Notes under the pieces: model-generated
What the model was told of the DNA's origin: nothing
What the model saw: only the letters and a program-made list of their open reading frames with translations
The model's database searches: none
Position numbers and translations under genes: made by a program
Virus record (IMG/VR): IMGVR_UViG_3300026479_000008
Source: an uncultured virus (IMG/VR IMGVR_UViG_3300026479_000008)
Taxonomy: Duplodnaviria > Heunggongvirae > Uroviricota > Caudoviricetes
DNA length: 64,000 nt
Strand: one strand, 5' to 3'
In this document: positions 9,856 through 20,227 of the stretch, piece after piece
Layout: every line of letters begins with the position of its first letter
Numbering within the stretch: the stretch's first letter is position 1

Positions 9856-10967
9856 GCTTCGTTATCGTAATTATATGCACATTTATCATGCAAGTTTTTT
9901 AAACTAGTCTTAACTCTTTCTCTAGTTTCGTCATCATGTGGAAGACCATCAACGAACGTATTACATAGGTGTAGAATGTTATAGTTCTTATAGAGATCTT
10001 CTATTTCATCCATATCATATAAGTCCTTATCTAAGAAAGAATCTAATTCATATATGTTTGGTTCTATTCTTCTACCTATTTTTTGTATTTTGTTTATTAA
10101 TCTTGACAGTGCACTTGTTGTTGCAATATTAGAAGGAACATATAAATCTACATAATTATTTCTAATCTTATCTTTAAATTCACCAAGAGAAACATTGTAA
10201 AGACCTGTAAGATAAAACTTTACGAACTTAGGTGATATAGTATTTTCGTAAAAGGTTTCTTCCATGGTTCCTAGATCAACCATATCAAAGCCCTTAGTGT
10301 TACCCGAATCAGATCTTGTTAATTCGTAAGGAGTTCCTACTAATCTTAACTTTCCTTTAGTTTGTCTATAATGAATATGTCCTGAATAAACTGCATCATA
10401 GTTTTTATAAGAAATAGTATCTGTTCCATGGTGGTTTTTAACTTTAGAATTTAAAGAAACTCCTGAAACTTCAGAATGGCAAAATACAATATCTGAATTT
10501 GGAAATTGTGCAAGTGTTTCTGCTTCATGTGTGGAATCTCTTCTCCATGGCATTAAGAGAACTTTCTTTCCTCCCCATTTAAATTCCCTAGGTTCCTTAT
10601 ATACTGCAACGTTAGGAATCCACTTTAAAGAATCTATTGAACTTACATCATTGGATTTTTTAGCCCATATATCATGGTTACCGCATATAACATGAACTGG
10701 CAAAATTTCACCTAATCTTTCAAAAAGATCTACTGCATAGTGCAGAACTCTTAAGTTTATACTTTGTCTATTATCGAATGCGTCTCCAACCTGAACTAAA
10801 ATGTCGCCTTCTTTGACATCTCTTTTTAGTGTTGGAATAAATTGGTTTTCGTAAAAATCTTTCTGTGTCTGTAACCATTCCAGAGAATTAGAACGAACTC
10901 CAAGGTGCATATCTCCGAGAATCCAGATTCTATTTACTGGTTTCTCTAATACCTTTGGCTCTATCAT
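9852..10967 (-). CDS. gp47: Recombination nuclease subunit (gp47/SbcD/Mre11)
   Basis: GDMHLG, GDAFDNR, GNHD, SGHIH phosphoesterase motifs; overlaps gp46. Confidence 0.93.
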   Translation of the reverse strand: MIEPKVLEKPVNRIWILGDMHLGVRSNSLEWLQTQKDFYENQFIPTLKRDVKEGDILVQVGDAFDNRQSINLRVLHYAVDLFERLGEILPVHVICGNHDIWAKKSNDVSSIDSLKWIPNVAVYKEPREFKWGGKKVLLMPWRRDSTHEAETLAQFPNSDIVFCHSEVSGVSLNSKVKNHHGTDTISYKNYDAVYSGHIHYRQTKGKLRLVGTPYELTRSDSGNTKGFDMVDLGTMEETFYENTISPKFVKFYLTGLYNVSLGEFKDKIRNNYVDLYVPSNIATTSALSRLINKIQKIGRRIEPNIYELDSFLDKDLYDMDEIEDLYKNYNILHLCNTFVDGLPHDDETRERVKTSLKNLHDKCAYNYDNEA

Positions 10968-10969
10968 TT

Positions 10970-11416
10970 TTAGAAAAGTTTATTTATGTTCTTTCTTTTT
11001 AAGACGTTTGTTTTCTTGTCAAGTTCTTGAATAAGGGCTTCCTTATATTTGTTACTTAGTGAAGAATAAAATTTAGTTGGATTGATATTAAAGTAATCGC
11101 ATAGTTCTGAAAATAAATCTATTATAGAAAACTTTGTGCTTAGTTCGTCATACATAAACCCATACACTTCATTTATGTCTAATTTTCTTAATTTAGTTAT
11201 CTGCTGAAATTCATCTACCTCATTAAACTTCTTAAATCTTGAAGCCTCTATTAATTCATGAATCTTATTTCTGATTTGTTCACTTTCTATTTTATCTTCT
11301 TCGTCTCTGTTATCCGTGTATTGTGGATTAAGGTTAAATGAAATAGTTCCATTTAGTTCAAAGTCTCCGCCGTCTTCGAAAGTGTTGTCAAATATTTTAT
11401 CTCTTTTTGTTCTCAT
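10970..11416 (-). CDS. Possible late-transcription coactivator (T4 gp33-like)
   Basis: C-terminal IIDLFSELCDYFNINPTKFYSSLSNKYKEALIQE resembles the gp33 helical pattern; weak. Confidence 0.4.
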   Translation of the reverse strand: MRTKRDKIFDNTFEDGGDFELNGTISFNLNPQYTDNRDEEDKIESEQIRNKIHELIEASRFKKFNEVDEFQQITKLRKLDINEVYGFMYDELSTKFSIIDLFSELCDYFNINPTKFYSSLSNKYKEALIQELDKKTNVLKRKNINKLF

Positions 11417-11418
11417 AA

Positions 11419-12732
11419 TTATAAGCTGTGTATGTTAGAATTAGTAACTTCATCGGTCTCTGTAAGTCTCATGTAATTATAGTTAATTCCTAATTTACAT
11501 TTAGATCCTCTACCTTCACCGTCTCGTATTTTCAATATTTTAAGCCAGTATTCATAACTAGCTCTCATCATATCGTCTTGTATAATACCAAGCATAATAT
11601 CTGCAGTATGTGATAGACCTGCTGATTCTGCAACATCTGTCATTGTGATATCGCTTGAATTATAACCGTTTCTTGTAATCTGTGTTGCTGTTACAATTAG
11701 CCATCCGTTTCTTACACCCATTGCTCTAAGATCTTCTGCAATCTGCTTGATCTTAAGATATGTGTTTTCAGAATTAGGATTTCTAAAATTAGAAAGAATA
11801 TTAATATAGTCAATAACTACTGCACCTAGTTTTATTTTTCTTTCTTCTTCAATTTGCTTTAAGTATGCTTCAATATCTGGAACAGTCGCCTGTGATGTTG
11901 GAAATTGTTTTACAAATAATTGACCAGGGGGAGTAAAGCCGTCTCCTACTGTTTCTAATTTTCTTTTGATCAAATCAGAATTTTTAGATTTTTCTTCGTA
12001 GTCTGAAATATTTATGCTTAGTAAATTAGAACCGATTCTTTTCATAAATTTAATAGCTGACATTTCTGCAGTGATTACCGCAGTGTTTGTTCCCATCTTT
12101 ACAAAATTAGCGGCATCGTTAGCAAGGTAAATTGATTTACCGATATTCTGTTCACCTACATAAACAACTAAAGAACCATCTTTATCATAACCACCATTTA
12201 AGGCTCGATCTAAAAAGTTATATCCTGTAGATACTTTAACGGCATCTTCGAAAGAGTGATCCTCTGGTTTAAAGAAGTCTAATCCTAGGTCAGAGTTAAA
12301 TACGATAGAGTTTCTATCATTAATTAAAGTTTTAACCTTAGAGATGATCGAGTCTGCATTATCCGGTGTTACTTCAGTTGTTTTAATATACTCGATAGTA
12401 TCTATAAGAGTATTATCAAAGTTACGCCATTTAATCCATGCTTCGGCTGTAGAAGTTAACCATTCTTCGTCATATTGGTCAAGGTCTACATTATATACAA
12501 TATCTATAATAGACTCTTCAACCTTTCCTGAAATCTTATCATTCTTAATAAGCAGTTTCATTTGCTCGTTAGAAGGAGTTTCATGAAACTTATCATAGAA
12601 CTTAGTAGCAAGGAAGTGTATTAAGTCAATATCTTCTGAGGTGTAGAATCCTCGTTTAATATTTCCTAGATACTTGGGTTTCTGTAAAGATAATTTAAAG
12701 AATATTTTTTCAAAATCAGGTCCAAATTTCAT
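11419..12732 (-). CDS. gp41: Replicative helicase (gp41/DnaB-like)
   Basis: GEQNIGKS, ITAEM, VVIDYINIL, TATQITRNG, AESAGLSHTAD. Confidence 0.93.
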   Translation of the reverse strand: MKFGPDFEKIFFKLSLQKPKYLGNIKRGFYTSEDIDLIHFLATKFYDKFHETPSNEQMKLLIKNDKISGKVEESIIDIVYNVDLDQYDEEWLTSTAEAWIKWRNFDNTLIDTIEYIKTTEVTPDNADSIISKVKTLINDRNSIVFNSDLGLDFFKPEDHSFEDAVKVSTGYNFLDRALNGGYDKDGSLVVYVGEQNIGKSIYLANDAANFVKMGTNTAVITAEMSAIKFMKRIGSNLLSINISDYEEKSKNSDLIKRKLETVGDGFTPPGQLFVKQFPTSQATVPDIEAYLKQIEEERKIKLGAVVIDYINILSNFRNPNSENTYLKIKQIAEDLRAMGVRNGWLIVTATQITRNGYNSSDITMTDVAESAGLSHTADIMLGIIQDDMMRASYEYWLKILKIRDGEGRGSKCKLGINYNYMRLTETDEVTNSNIHSL

Positions 12733-12742
12733 ATTATAGTTT

Positions 12743-13336
12743 TTATACTTGTTCTACCACTAAATCACCATTTGTTTTTGCAAAAGGTACATCTGACCAT
12801 AAATTAATTGCAATTGCCTTTCTAGTTCCCTTAGTAACCGTATCGACTGCATGGACATCATCACCTGCTCTAAATATAATTAATCTATTAGGTCGGGTTT
12901 GAATTACATCAGGCGCTTTATCCTTTCCTGCAGTATGAACTATTAATTCTCCTCCTTCAAACTCAGGTTGTGGCGGATAATATACAGTGCCTATTACAGG
13001 TCTTACTATTTCTTCTCCGTTGGTTTTCTTGAACCAAGATTCATCTTTATCAAAATGAAATCCTAAATTGTCCTTATGTCCTAATGTAGGATTAGCAGAC
13101 TGAATACCTGTCCAATATTCAAATCCTGCTATATCCCATACTTCAGATATTGGGCAATCATTTGCCCAAATAGCTGATATAAGCCTTTGTTTTACTGTAG
13201 GTTCATGGCCTGGTTCTTCGTTGAACCATCCTTTCCACCAGTAATAAACACCTGGATCTGCAAAAAATGTGTTATCATTTGCAATATCTCTGAGGAGTTT
13301 TTCATCTTTAATAAAGTTGTCTCTAATTGTTATCAT
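12743..13336 (-). CDS. 2OG-Fe(II) oxygenase
   Basis: HFDKD (HxD), FEGGEL, PNRLIIF, HAV...R.AIAINLW. Confidence 0.8.
   Translation of the reverse strand: MITIRDNFIKDEKLLRDIANDNTFFADPGVYYWWKGWFNEEPGHEPTVKQRLISAIWANDCPISEVWDIAGFEYWTGIQSANPTLGHKDNLGFHFDKDESWFKKTNGEEIVRPVIGTVYYPPQPEFEGGELIVHTAGKDKAPDVIQTRPNRLIIFRAGDDVHAVDTVTKGTRKAIAINLWSDVPFAKTNGDLVVEQV
12752..12777 (-). promoter_or_regulatory. Putative promoter AAAC-N16-GTAGAA upstream of the helicase
   Basis: Motif copy with exact spacing, inside the 3' end of the upstream ORF. Confidence 0.55.
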
Positions 13337-13644
13337 AGGAATGGGTTAATTAATATTTTATAAGCTTCTTTACCTTCGTTCGAATTGGTTTGTTCTATTA
13401 GTCCCATACCAATTGCTTCATTTAATCCGGATTCTACATTTTCATTTTTCCCCTTTGCGAAATATTTATTGAGAGCATGTTTGGTGAAAGACGCCTTTTG
13501 TCTGTCAGGCTGTCTCACTGCTCTAGTTATAAATATATGCATAATGTCAAATGCATCGGGAAAAGATTCTAATTCTTCTTGTATTCCCAGAATATATTTA
13601 ATTGGAAGCTTATCTTCGTTTATCTTGTTTATGTTCAACTTCAT
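13333..13644 (-). CDS. Hypothetical protein (possible winged helix)
   Basis: 103-aa ORF overlapping both neighbours. Confidence 0.5.
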   Translation of the reverse strand: MKLNINKINEDKLPIKYILGIQEELESFPDAFDIMHIFITRAVRQPDRQKASFTKHALNKYFAKGKNENVESGLNEAIGMGLIEQTNSNEGKEAYKILINPFL

Positions 13645-14753
13645 TATGCTTCACTATCTTCTAACATTTCTTCTACGTCAATTTCAGAAATTTCAGTGTT
13701 GTAATTAAACAAAGGTTGAATGTGCGATTCGATTTGCTCTAGTACGGTTTGTGTAAATACCATTTCAGAAAAGAAATCTTTATTCGCAACAGTATGATCT
13801 AGGTGTTTACATATCCATGTTCTTGCTGTTGCCTTTGGAATCTTTTCTCCTTTTACAATATTTCCTCTAGTAATTCCACAAATATCCCATGTAGCATATT
13901 GTTCTAATCCAACATAAGGATTCATACCTTCTGTAAAGTTTAAGTGAAACTTAATAGGATGTGGCTTTGCAAATCTATTTTTATCAGGTTTAGCCGTAAC
14001 TATAATACCTACTTTTTCAGCTCCGTCCTTTAATTGAGCCTTGTTTAACATCAGTACAATTGATGCTGCATACTGTGGTCCTGTTCCACCACCTGCGATT
14101 TGCATTGGAATAAAGGATTGAGATTGGTATGTATGGTTTGTAAATAAGAAAGGTATTTTAAGATCTGCTAATGGAGTCATTATAATTCTAAAGATAGATT
14201 TTAAAACCTTAGATCTAGTCATATCTGATTTGTCAGAACCACTTGCTGCATCTGCTATTTCTTTCGCAGTCGCTAAGTTACCGGCTGAATCTAAAATAAT
14301 CATTACTTTAGGAACTTCACCACCTGCTCTTTTAGCATCTTGCATTTTCTTAGTAATTGTAGTTACAGAAGTTCTAAAATCTTGAACTGTATTTGTAGGT
14401 TGGTAATTTACTTTGGAAGTATCAATTCCAAACTTTTCCATTTGTTCCTTATCAACGGCTGCTTCAGAATCATAATAAATTACACTATATCCTTTATCAA
14501 TAGCTTCTCTAACTGTGTTTAACATTAAGAATGTTTTACCTGTTCCTGAAGGACCAGCGATAGATGATGATCTATTGTTTGGCCATCCTTTAAATAATGA
14601 ACCTGATACACATGCGTTCAAATGATAATTTCCTGTGTGAATCCAATCTGTTACCTTTGAAAAGTTTGAAGTTTCCATGATAGATCCTAATGGATTTAAA
14701 TCAGCTAATTGCTTATTTAAATCGTCGAATGTAAAGTCTTTATTTTTTGCCAT
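13644..14753 (-). CDS. uvsX: RecA-like recombinase UvsX
   Basis: GPSGTGKT, YYDSEAA, ILDSAGNL, TNHTY, GGGTGPQYAAS. Confidence 0.93.
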   Translation of the reverse strand: MAKNKDFTFDDLNKQLADLNPLGSIMETSNFSKVTDWIHTGNYHLNACVSGSLFKGWPNNRSSSIAGPSGTGKTFLMLNTVREAIDKGYSVIYYDSEAAVDKEQMEKFGIDTSKVNYQPTNTVQDFRTSVTTITKKMQDAKRAGGEVPKVMIILDSAGNLATAKEIADAASGSDKSDMTRSKVLKSIFRIIMTPLADLKIPFLFTNHTYQSQSFIPMQIAGGGTGPQYAASIVLMLNKAQLKDGAEKVGIIVTAKPDKNRFAKPHPIKFHLNFTEGMNPYVGLEQYATWDICGITRGNIVKGEKIPKATARTWICKHLDHTVANKDFFSEMVFTQTVLEQIESHIQPLFNYNTEISEIDVEEMLEDSEA

Positions 14754-14928
14754 TTTTAAATATGTTTTTTTCTTGTTTTCTTAGTGTTTCGAGTTCTTTA
14801 ATAAGAACATCGGATTCCTTTTTCATAGAATCCATTTTTTCTTGAAGAGAAACTAGCCTATTATAGAGTGTTTTGTATTTTGCAACAAATACATTCTGTT
14901 CTTCCGTAAGATTATTTGGATCAAGCAT
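14740..14928 (-). CDS. Small coiled-coil hypothetical protein
   Basis: 62-aa ORF overlapping neighbours. Confidence 0.5.
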   Translation of the reverse strand: MLDPNNLTEEQNVFVAKYKTLYNRLVSLQEKMDSMKKESDVLIKELETLRKQEKNIFKNGKK

Positions 14929-15097
14929 TGTTTTTTCTTTCTTCTATTTCGTCAAAGATACTAATTTGTTTAGGATCATTTGAAATTGTTTTTTCTTTAA
15001 AAATTAAAGGCCAAATCATTTTTCTTACCTTATCTCCTAATTCATAATTATTAGGGGTTTGTTCAACCAATTCTATTATTTTACTTTTAAAATCCAT
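14921..15097 (-). CDS. Small hypothetical protein (58 aa, not in ORF track)
   Basis: Hand translation MDFKSKIIELVEQTPNNYELGDKVRKMIWP...RKNNA*; fills the gap; A-rich start context. Confidence 0.6.
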   Translation of the reverse strand: MDFKSKIIELVEQTPNNYELGDKVRKMIWPLIFKEKTISNDPKQISIFDEIEERKNNA

Positions 15098-15108
15098 TTT
15101 GTTTATTT

Positions 15109-16308
15109 TTAGAATAATGAAGATGAATATATTAGATTTCTGTTTAGTCTCTGAAGACCTACTGAAGATAATACTCTATTGATAGGATCTATTACAGATT
15201 TTTCAAATTGTGTTTCATAATCTACCTGTGGTGCAATTTCATAAGGATGGGCACCTGGTTGATATGCATACATTTCACATACATTATGTTTACAATGATA
15301 TAATTTTAGCTTTTCGCCATTACCAATCATTTTATACTTGTTTTTATATTTTGGATTCTGATTCATTAAGAAGTTATAGAATCCTGCTGCCTTGACGTTC
15401 GGAGGACATTTTAAACCATATTGAAATTCTATCGTATCATCTACAATGTATTTTTCAATATTATTAGTTCTTTTATTGAAAGCTATTTCATCAACATTAG
15501 ACATCTTAAACTCTTTCTTTGCCGTTTTCAAAAAAGAAACTAATCTACTTAACATCTCTGCAGTTGGCTTTTCAGATAAAATCAATTTAAGAGCTTCAGT
15601 CAAATGCTTTCTTGCTAATGTAGGAGTAGAAGATTGAATAGTATCAAATCCAATCGTCTTAATCTTCTTAAGAGAAGGGTATCTATCGTCTACTTCGAGC
15701 TTATCTTCCCATGCAATGTCTTGTAAATATTTCTTTTTAGCTAACCATATTCCTGAATATGCAATTGTTTCTAAATCGAAATATAAAAAGTTGTCTGTGT
15801 TCGTAACTTCGGCATACTTTGCCATACATTTCGTGATATAGTCTTTGATTCTGAACGTATATAATTCCATAATAAACTTATCAATTGGTAGTTTATTATC
15901 TCCTAGCCATTCAATAGATTCATACATTTCTTCAAACTGAACGTAACATGAATCTGTATCAATATAAACCACGGAAGGTCTTACTAATTTATTCTTAATA
16001 GAAATATTGAAATGTTCATGGACCACAGTATCTTTAGGCCAAAACTCTTGAAAATATTTATTAAGAATCTTTTCAGAATATAGAATTGCATTCTGTCCTT
16101 GTAGTGTAATAGATTCTGCAATGTCTATATTAAAAAAGTGAAACCACTTATTACCAAATGCACCATAGATCGAGTTAAGAGTTACTTTAACGGCCTGTTC
16201 GTATGCAGTAAACTTGGCGGACATTGTTTGATAGTGATCCGCCAAGGTTTGCATTTCATCCCGTGTAAGGTCGTCTTCGGGCTTGTTAATTAGTGTGTTT
16301 ATATCCAT
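15109..16308 (-). CDS. gp43: Family B DNA polymerase, C-terminal part (gp43B)
   Basis: Motif B KVTLNSIYGAFGN, motif C YIDTDS, KKKY; no exonuclease domain or motif A. Confidence 0.9.
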   Translation of the reverse strand: MDINTLINKPEDDLTRDEMQTLADHYQTMSAKFTAYEQAVKVTLNSIYGAFGNKWFHFFNIDIAESITLQGQNAILYSEKILNKYFQEFWPKDTVVHEHFNISIKNKLVRPSVVYIDTDSCYVQFEEMYESIEWLGDNKLPIDKFIMELYTFRIKDYITKCMAKYAEVTNTDNFLYFDLETIAYSGIWLAKKKYLQDIAWEDKLEVDDRYPSLKKIKTIGFDTIQSSTPTLARKHLTEALKLILSEKPTAEMLSRLVSFLKTAKKEFKMSNVDEIAFNKRTNNIEKYIVDDTIEFQYGLKCPPNVKAAGFYNFLMNQNPKYKNKYKMIGNGEKLKLYHCKHNVCEMYAYQPGAHPYEIAPQVDYETQFEKSVIDPINRVLSSVGLQRLNRNLIYSSSLF

Positions 16309-16311
16309 AAA

Positions 16312-17067
16312 TTACTCTGCTGTTTGGCAAGTTGCAATCGTTAGCAAAGTTTCTGAATCATTAGATCTAAGAACTACTCTATTGTCTAATACATGGGCAG
16401 TGTAATCTTCTTTATCTAAAAGGTTAAGATATTTTTTGAATAATGTAACGTTAGTTCCTGATTCACCGTCATAATCTGGTGTTACTAACATGTTGTAGGT
16501 TTTTCCTAAAAGCTTTACACCATTTCCGTTTGCATTTATTGAGAACGTTTCTTCTTTATCTAAAGAGAATAGGTTTCTTACCTTTGCAAGTGAAGTGTAA
16601 TCTAAATCGAATTTAAAAGTAGAAGCTTCGGTGTTAAAGATACCTTGAATCTGTGCATCAGTTAGATCTTTATAACCTAAAGATGGCTCTGAACATGCAA
16701 GTGTAATTTCTAATTCATCATTAAATATTTTGAATGTAGTTGCAACACAATCTTCTTCGTTTTCAACGAATTCGATTTCAGCTGAAATAGCATCATAGTC
16801 AAATTGTTTGAATGCATCTGTTATTTTAGAAGCGTCAAAGAATGCAATCTTTAATTCTTTGTCTGTAGAGATTTCACCATCTTCGATTTGAAAAACTTGA
16901 GAAATCGGCATTCTGTGATGCTTAACAGCATCTCTTTGTGGTAAATAAGCGGATGCCTGTACGACACCATCTTTTAATTTAAAATAGACAAAAGAATCAA
17001 TTACTTTAAGTCTATTAACGAAGCCGATGAAGTTGTTTGAATCGACCTTACTGATTGAAATTTTCAT
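16312..17067 (-). CDS. Probable sliding clamp (gp45/PCNA-like)
   Basis: 251-aa acidic alpha/beta two-repeat pattern next to the polymerase gene; based on size and context. Confidence 0.5.
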   Translation of the reverse strand: MKISISKVDSNNFIGFVNRLKVIDSFVYFKLKDGVVQASAYLPQRDAVKHHRMPISQVFQIEDGEISTDKELKIAFFDASKITDAFKQFDYDAISAEIEFVENEEDCVATTFKIFNDELEITLACSEPSLGYKDLTDAQIQGIFNTEASTFKFDLDYTSLAKVRNLFSLDKEETFSINANGNGVKLLGKTYNMLVTPDYDGESGTNVTLFKKYLNLLDKEDYTAHVLDNRVVLRSNDSETLLTIATCQTAE

Positions 17068-17094
17068 GAATGTATAATTTTTATTTGTTTATTA

Positions 17095-17120
17095 TTCTAC
17101 ACAAAAATCACAAATAGTTT
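17095..17120 (-). promoter_or_regulatory. Putative promoter AAAC-N16-GTAGAA
   Basis: Motif copy between a terminator and the clamp-like gene. Confidence 0.65.
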
Positions 17121-17124
17121 CAGT

Positions 17125-17163
17125 AAAAAAAGTGAGGCCAGGAAGTAGCGAACTCCTGGCCTC
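17125..17163 (-). terminator. Intrinsic terminator after nrdA
   Basis: GAGGCCAGGA...TCCTGGCCTC 10-bp stem followed by ACTTTTTTT. Confidence 0.8.
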
Positions 17164-17213
17164 GATCCGAGAACTATCTCGGTCCTAAGAAGTGGACTTA
17201 ACCACAACTAATC

Positions 17214-19064
17214 TTATCCATCACATGCTAAACAATCTTCCATTGCTCGCTGTGCGATGTCTCCTCTTAATACAGATTCTGTTCTCATATAATAAAGAGT
17301 TTTTATTCCCTGCTTATAAGCTTCTAAATGAACTTGATTAATATATTTAGGTTCAGCCTGTGTAGGAAAAGCTAAATTTAATGAAACTGCTTGATCAATA
17401 TATTGTTGTCTTACACCAGCTTGTTTAACTAATTCCATTTGATTAATTTCTTTAAAGGTTCTAAATACATCTTTAACAGAAATATAAAGATCCTTTTCGT
17501 GATCTGTTAATTTGTCATAAGTGGCTTGCTTAATCGGGGCATCACTACTTCCTTCCTTTACCCAATATTCTCCTAATACATCAACGCCTTGAACTGAACC
17601 ACCGTCTTCTAGTATTTTGTCCCATACTGTTTTCTTATTTTGCTTGATCTTAGTTAACATATTTTCAAGTGCAGGGTTCTTTCTAATAAAAGTTCCTTTT
17701 GCAGTTTGTTCAGTAAATACATTTGCTGCCCATGGTTCAATGCCTGGTGAAACATTTCCTGCTAATTTAGAATTAGAAACAGTAGGAGCAATTGCTCTTA
17801 AGTGTGTGTTTCTCATTCCAGTTCCTACACACCAAAGAGGTTCTCCAAATTCTGTAGCTAAATCTCTACTTGCTCTTTCACTTTCTACTTTGATTTGAGA
17901 AAATATCTTTCTAGTTTCAAATTGAGCTGTCAAAGAATCGAATGGAATATTTCTATCTTGTAAATAAGTATGCCATCCGAGAACTCCTAAACCTAATGCT
18001 CTACCCTTTTCAGCGGATCTTACTGCATTTTCAAAGCCTCTCATATATTTCGCTCTATGAATAAACTCCTGAAGAACTCCATCTAAAAAGTAAGTTGCAG
18101 TATAGATTAAATCAGTATCTTTCCATTCTTCATATCTTTTAAGATTCACAGAAGATAAACAACATACAAATGAATGATTTTCATCGGTGTGTAAAGTAAT
18201 CTCAGAACAGATGTTAGTCATATAAACCTTTAAACCATTTTGCTTATACGCATCCGGATTCATTCTATTGATATTACCCTTAAACATTATATAAGGTTCT
18301 CCTGTTGCTCTTCTTTTTCTAATCACAGCGGCCCATCTTTTACGAGCTTCTTTATCTCCAGCCTCGATCTTTTGCATAAACCCGTCAGATACTACGATAC
18401 ATTGATGTACGTTTAAACATTGTCTATTTACATCACCCTTAGGTTCTCTAACCTCTAACCATTCCCAAAAATCATCATGTTCTATATCTATATTGACTGA
18501 CGCTGCACCTCTTCTTACTGAACCTTGATTAGTTGCTAAAATAGTAGAATCATAAATTTTTATAAATGGAACTACTCCGTCTGAAGTTCCGTTTCCTGTA
18601 ATGGTTGCTCCTGCCGGTCTTATCTGATTTACTCCGATACCAACACCGCCTCCATGTTTAGCAAGTAACATTAATTCTAAATTCTTTGAACCTATATCGT
18701 GAATTGAATCTGCTACATCTATACCGAAACATGAAATTGGAAGACCTCTTTCTGAACCCGTGTTTGAAAAAACTGGAGTTGCAAGATTTAACCATCCTTT
18801 CCACATATAATCAAAGAATTTACTTGCTAATTCTGGCTTTCTTAATCTTTGTGCAACTGTTGTCGATACTCTCCAGTATGCATCCTTTGGAGTTTCTCCT
18901 TCTAGTAAATATCCCTTAGAAACAGTTTTTACATAAACTTCAGTATTAGCCCATACTGGGAAGTCTACTCCTAATTTCCATCCTTCAGATTCTCCGAAGT
19001 TTCTTTCTTTTCCCTTTTCATTGTATTCGGGGTTTGGTGCGTCGTTGTAATTTCTTATCATCAT
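17214..19064 (-). CDS. nrdA: Ribonucleotide reductase class I alpha subunit
   Basis: ATPVFSN, PISCF, GGGVG, TNICSEI, CCLSS, AIAPTVSNS, KTLYY, C-terminal CLACDG; no ATP cone. Confidence 0.95.
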   Translation of the reverse strand: MMIRNYNDAPNPEYNEKGKERNFGESEGWKLGVDFPVWANTEVYVKTVSKGYLLEGETPKDAYWRVSTTVAQRLRKPELASKFFDYMWKGWLNLATPVFSNTGSERGLPISCFGIDVADSIHDIGSKNLELMLLAKHGGGVGIGVNQIRPAGATITGNGTSDGVVPFIKIYDSTILATNQGSVRRGAASVNIDIEHDDFWEWLEVREPKGDVNRQCLNVHQCIVVSDGFMQKIEAGDKEARKRWAAVIRKRRATGEPYIMFKGNINRMNPDAYKQNGLKVYMTNICSEITLHTDENHSFVCCLSSVNLKRYEEWKDTDLIYTATYFLDGVLQEFIHRAKYMRGFENAVRSAEKGRALGLGVLGWHTYLQDRNIPFDSLTAQFETRKIFSQIKVESERASRDLATEFGEPLWCVGTGMRNTHLRAIAPTVSNSKLAGNVSPGIEPWAANVFTEQTAKGTFIRKNPALENMLTKIKQNKKTVWDKILEDGGSVQGVDVLGEYWVKEGSSDAPIKQATYDKLTDHEKDLYISVKDVFRTFKEINQMELVKQAGVRQQYIDQAVSLNLAFPTQAEPKYINQVHLEAYKQGIKTLYYMRTESVLRGDIAQRAMEDCLACDG

Positions 19065-19091
19065 ATATTTTATATTAGAATTATTGATTTG

Positions 19092-20099
19092 TTATGAAAA
19101 CAAATCGTCTTCATCCCAGTTTTCATCTTCGCCTGCTTTAGAATAATCAGTAGGTCTTACTGCAAAGAAATCCGTATGTGTATGTCCACCTGTTAAGTGA
19201 TAGAACCAATCTAATTCTGAAGCACTTTCTTCATTGTATTCAAAGATAGATTGATATCCTATTTCTGCTAATTTTTCATTAGCTCTTTTCTTAATAAATT
19301 CTTTAAGATCTTCTTTCTTAAGATTTTCTAAATCTCCCATTTCAAACATCTTATCAATAAACTTCATTTCCATTTCAACCATTAACTTAGCTGCTTCTTC
19401 TACTTGAGATTGAACTGAATCTCTAAGATCAGTATATTCTTCGCACATGTGGTTAAATAATTGACAACCCATTTTTGAATGAAGAGATTCATCCCTAACT
19501 GACCACTTCATTTGTTGTCCGATTCCCTTAAGTTTATTTCTCATTTGAAAAGAATAAAGAACGGCGAATGAAGAGTATAATGCAACTCCTTCTCCAAATG
19601 CACTGAATATTGCTAAAGATCTAGCAACATCCTTCCTAGCTGTTGGATTTTTCAAAAGGTCTTCATGAGTATATTCTGCTTCTGTATTCATTAAATAATC
19701 GAATCTTTCTGCTGTTGTTGGTTCATGTAAGAATGCTTCAAAATCTTCAAGGCCTAATGTTTCATTTAAATAAGAGTAAGCGGTTGCATGAATAGTTTCT
19801 TGAGAACCAAACAACATTGCCATGTGTTTGATTTCCCATTTAGGAAACCAATCAGTAACCATCCCTGTCCAATAATCTGAAACTGCACATTCAGTTTGTG
19901 CAAACCCCAAAAGAATATTTCCAACTAAATTCTTTTCAGAATCTGTAAGTGTTTCATTCCAATCCTTGACATCGCCTTGCATTGAAATTTCGGTATGTAA
20001 CCAAAACGCCTGTGCTTGTTTTAACCATCCTTCAGTATAATATACTGGATATTCAAACGGTTTGTATTCTATTCTTTCTTTAAATATTGATGGTTTCAT
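19092..20099 (-). CDS. nrdB: Ribonucleotide reductase class I beta subunit
   Basis: FWLHTEI, ETIHATAY, EGVALYSSF, RDESLH, DFFAVRPTDY. Confidence 0.95.
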   Translation of the reverse strand: MKPSIFKERIEYKPFEYPVYYTEGWLKQAQAFWLHTEISMQGDVKDWNETLTDSEKNLVGNILLGFAQTECAVSDYWTGMVTDWFPKWEIKHMAMLFGSQETIHATAYSYLNETLGLEDFEAFLHEPTTAERFDYLMNTEAEYTHEDLLKNPTARKDVARSLAIFSAFGEGVALYSSFAVLYSFQMRNKLKGIGQQMKWSVRDESLHSKMGCQLFNHMCEEYTDLRDSVQSQVEEAAKLMVEMEMKFIDKMFEMGDLENLKKEDLKEFIKKRANEKLAEIGYQSIFEYNEESASELDWFYHLTGGHTHTDFFAVRPTDYSKAGEDENWDEDDLFS

Positions 20100-20227
20100 A
20101 AATTATGTTTTCTTAAATTTTTTAACTAGTTCCTAAAGTCTACAAAAGACCAACTGGTAACAGATTGGTCTCGTTAGTAGTCTATATATTCATGTAGAAT
20201 AATGGACTGCCTCTCGAGACAAAAAGA

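Noticed and set aside
17134..17185. tRNA suggested by a GTTCG loop
   Set aside because: No cloverleaf or acceptor stem; it fits a terminator hairpin.
20144..20172. Hairpin in the nrdB leader as a riboswitch or attenuator
   Set aside because: A single imperfect stem with a short U-tract, adequately explained as a weak terminator after polymerase-A; no aptamer features.
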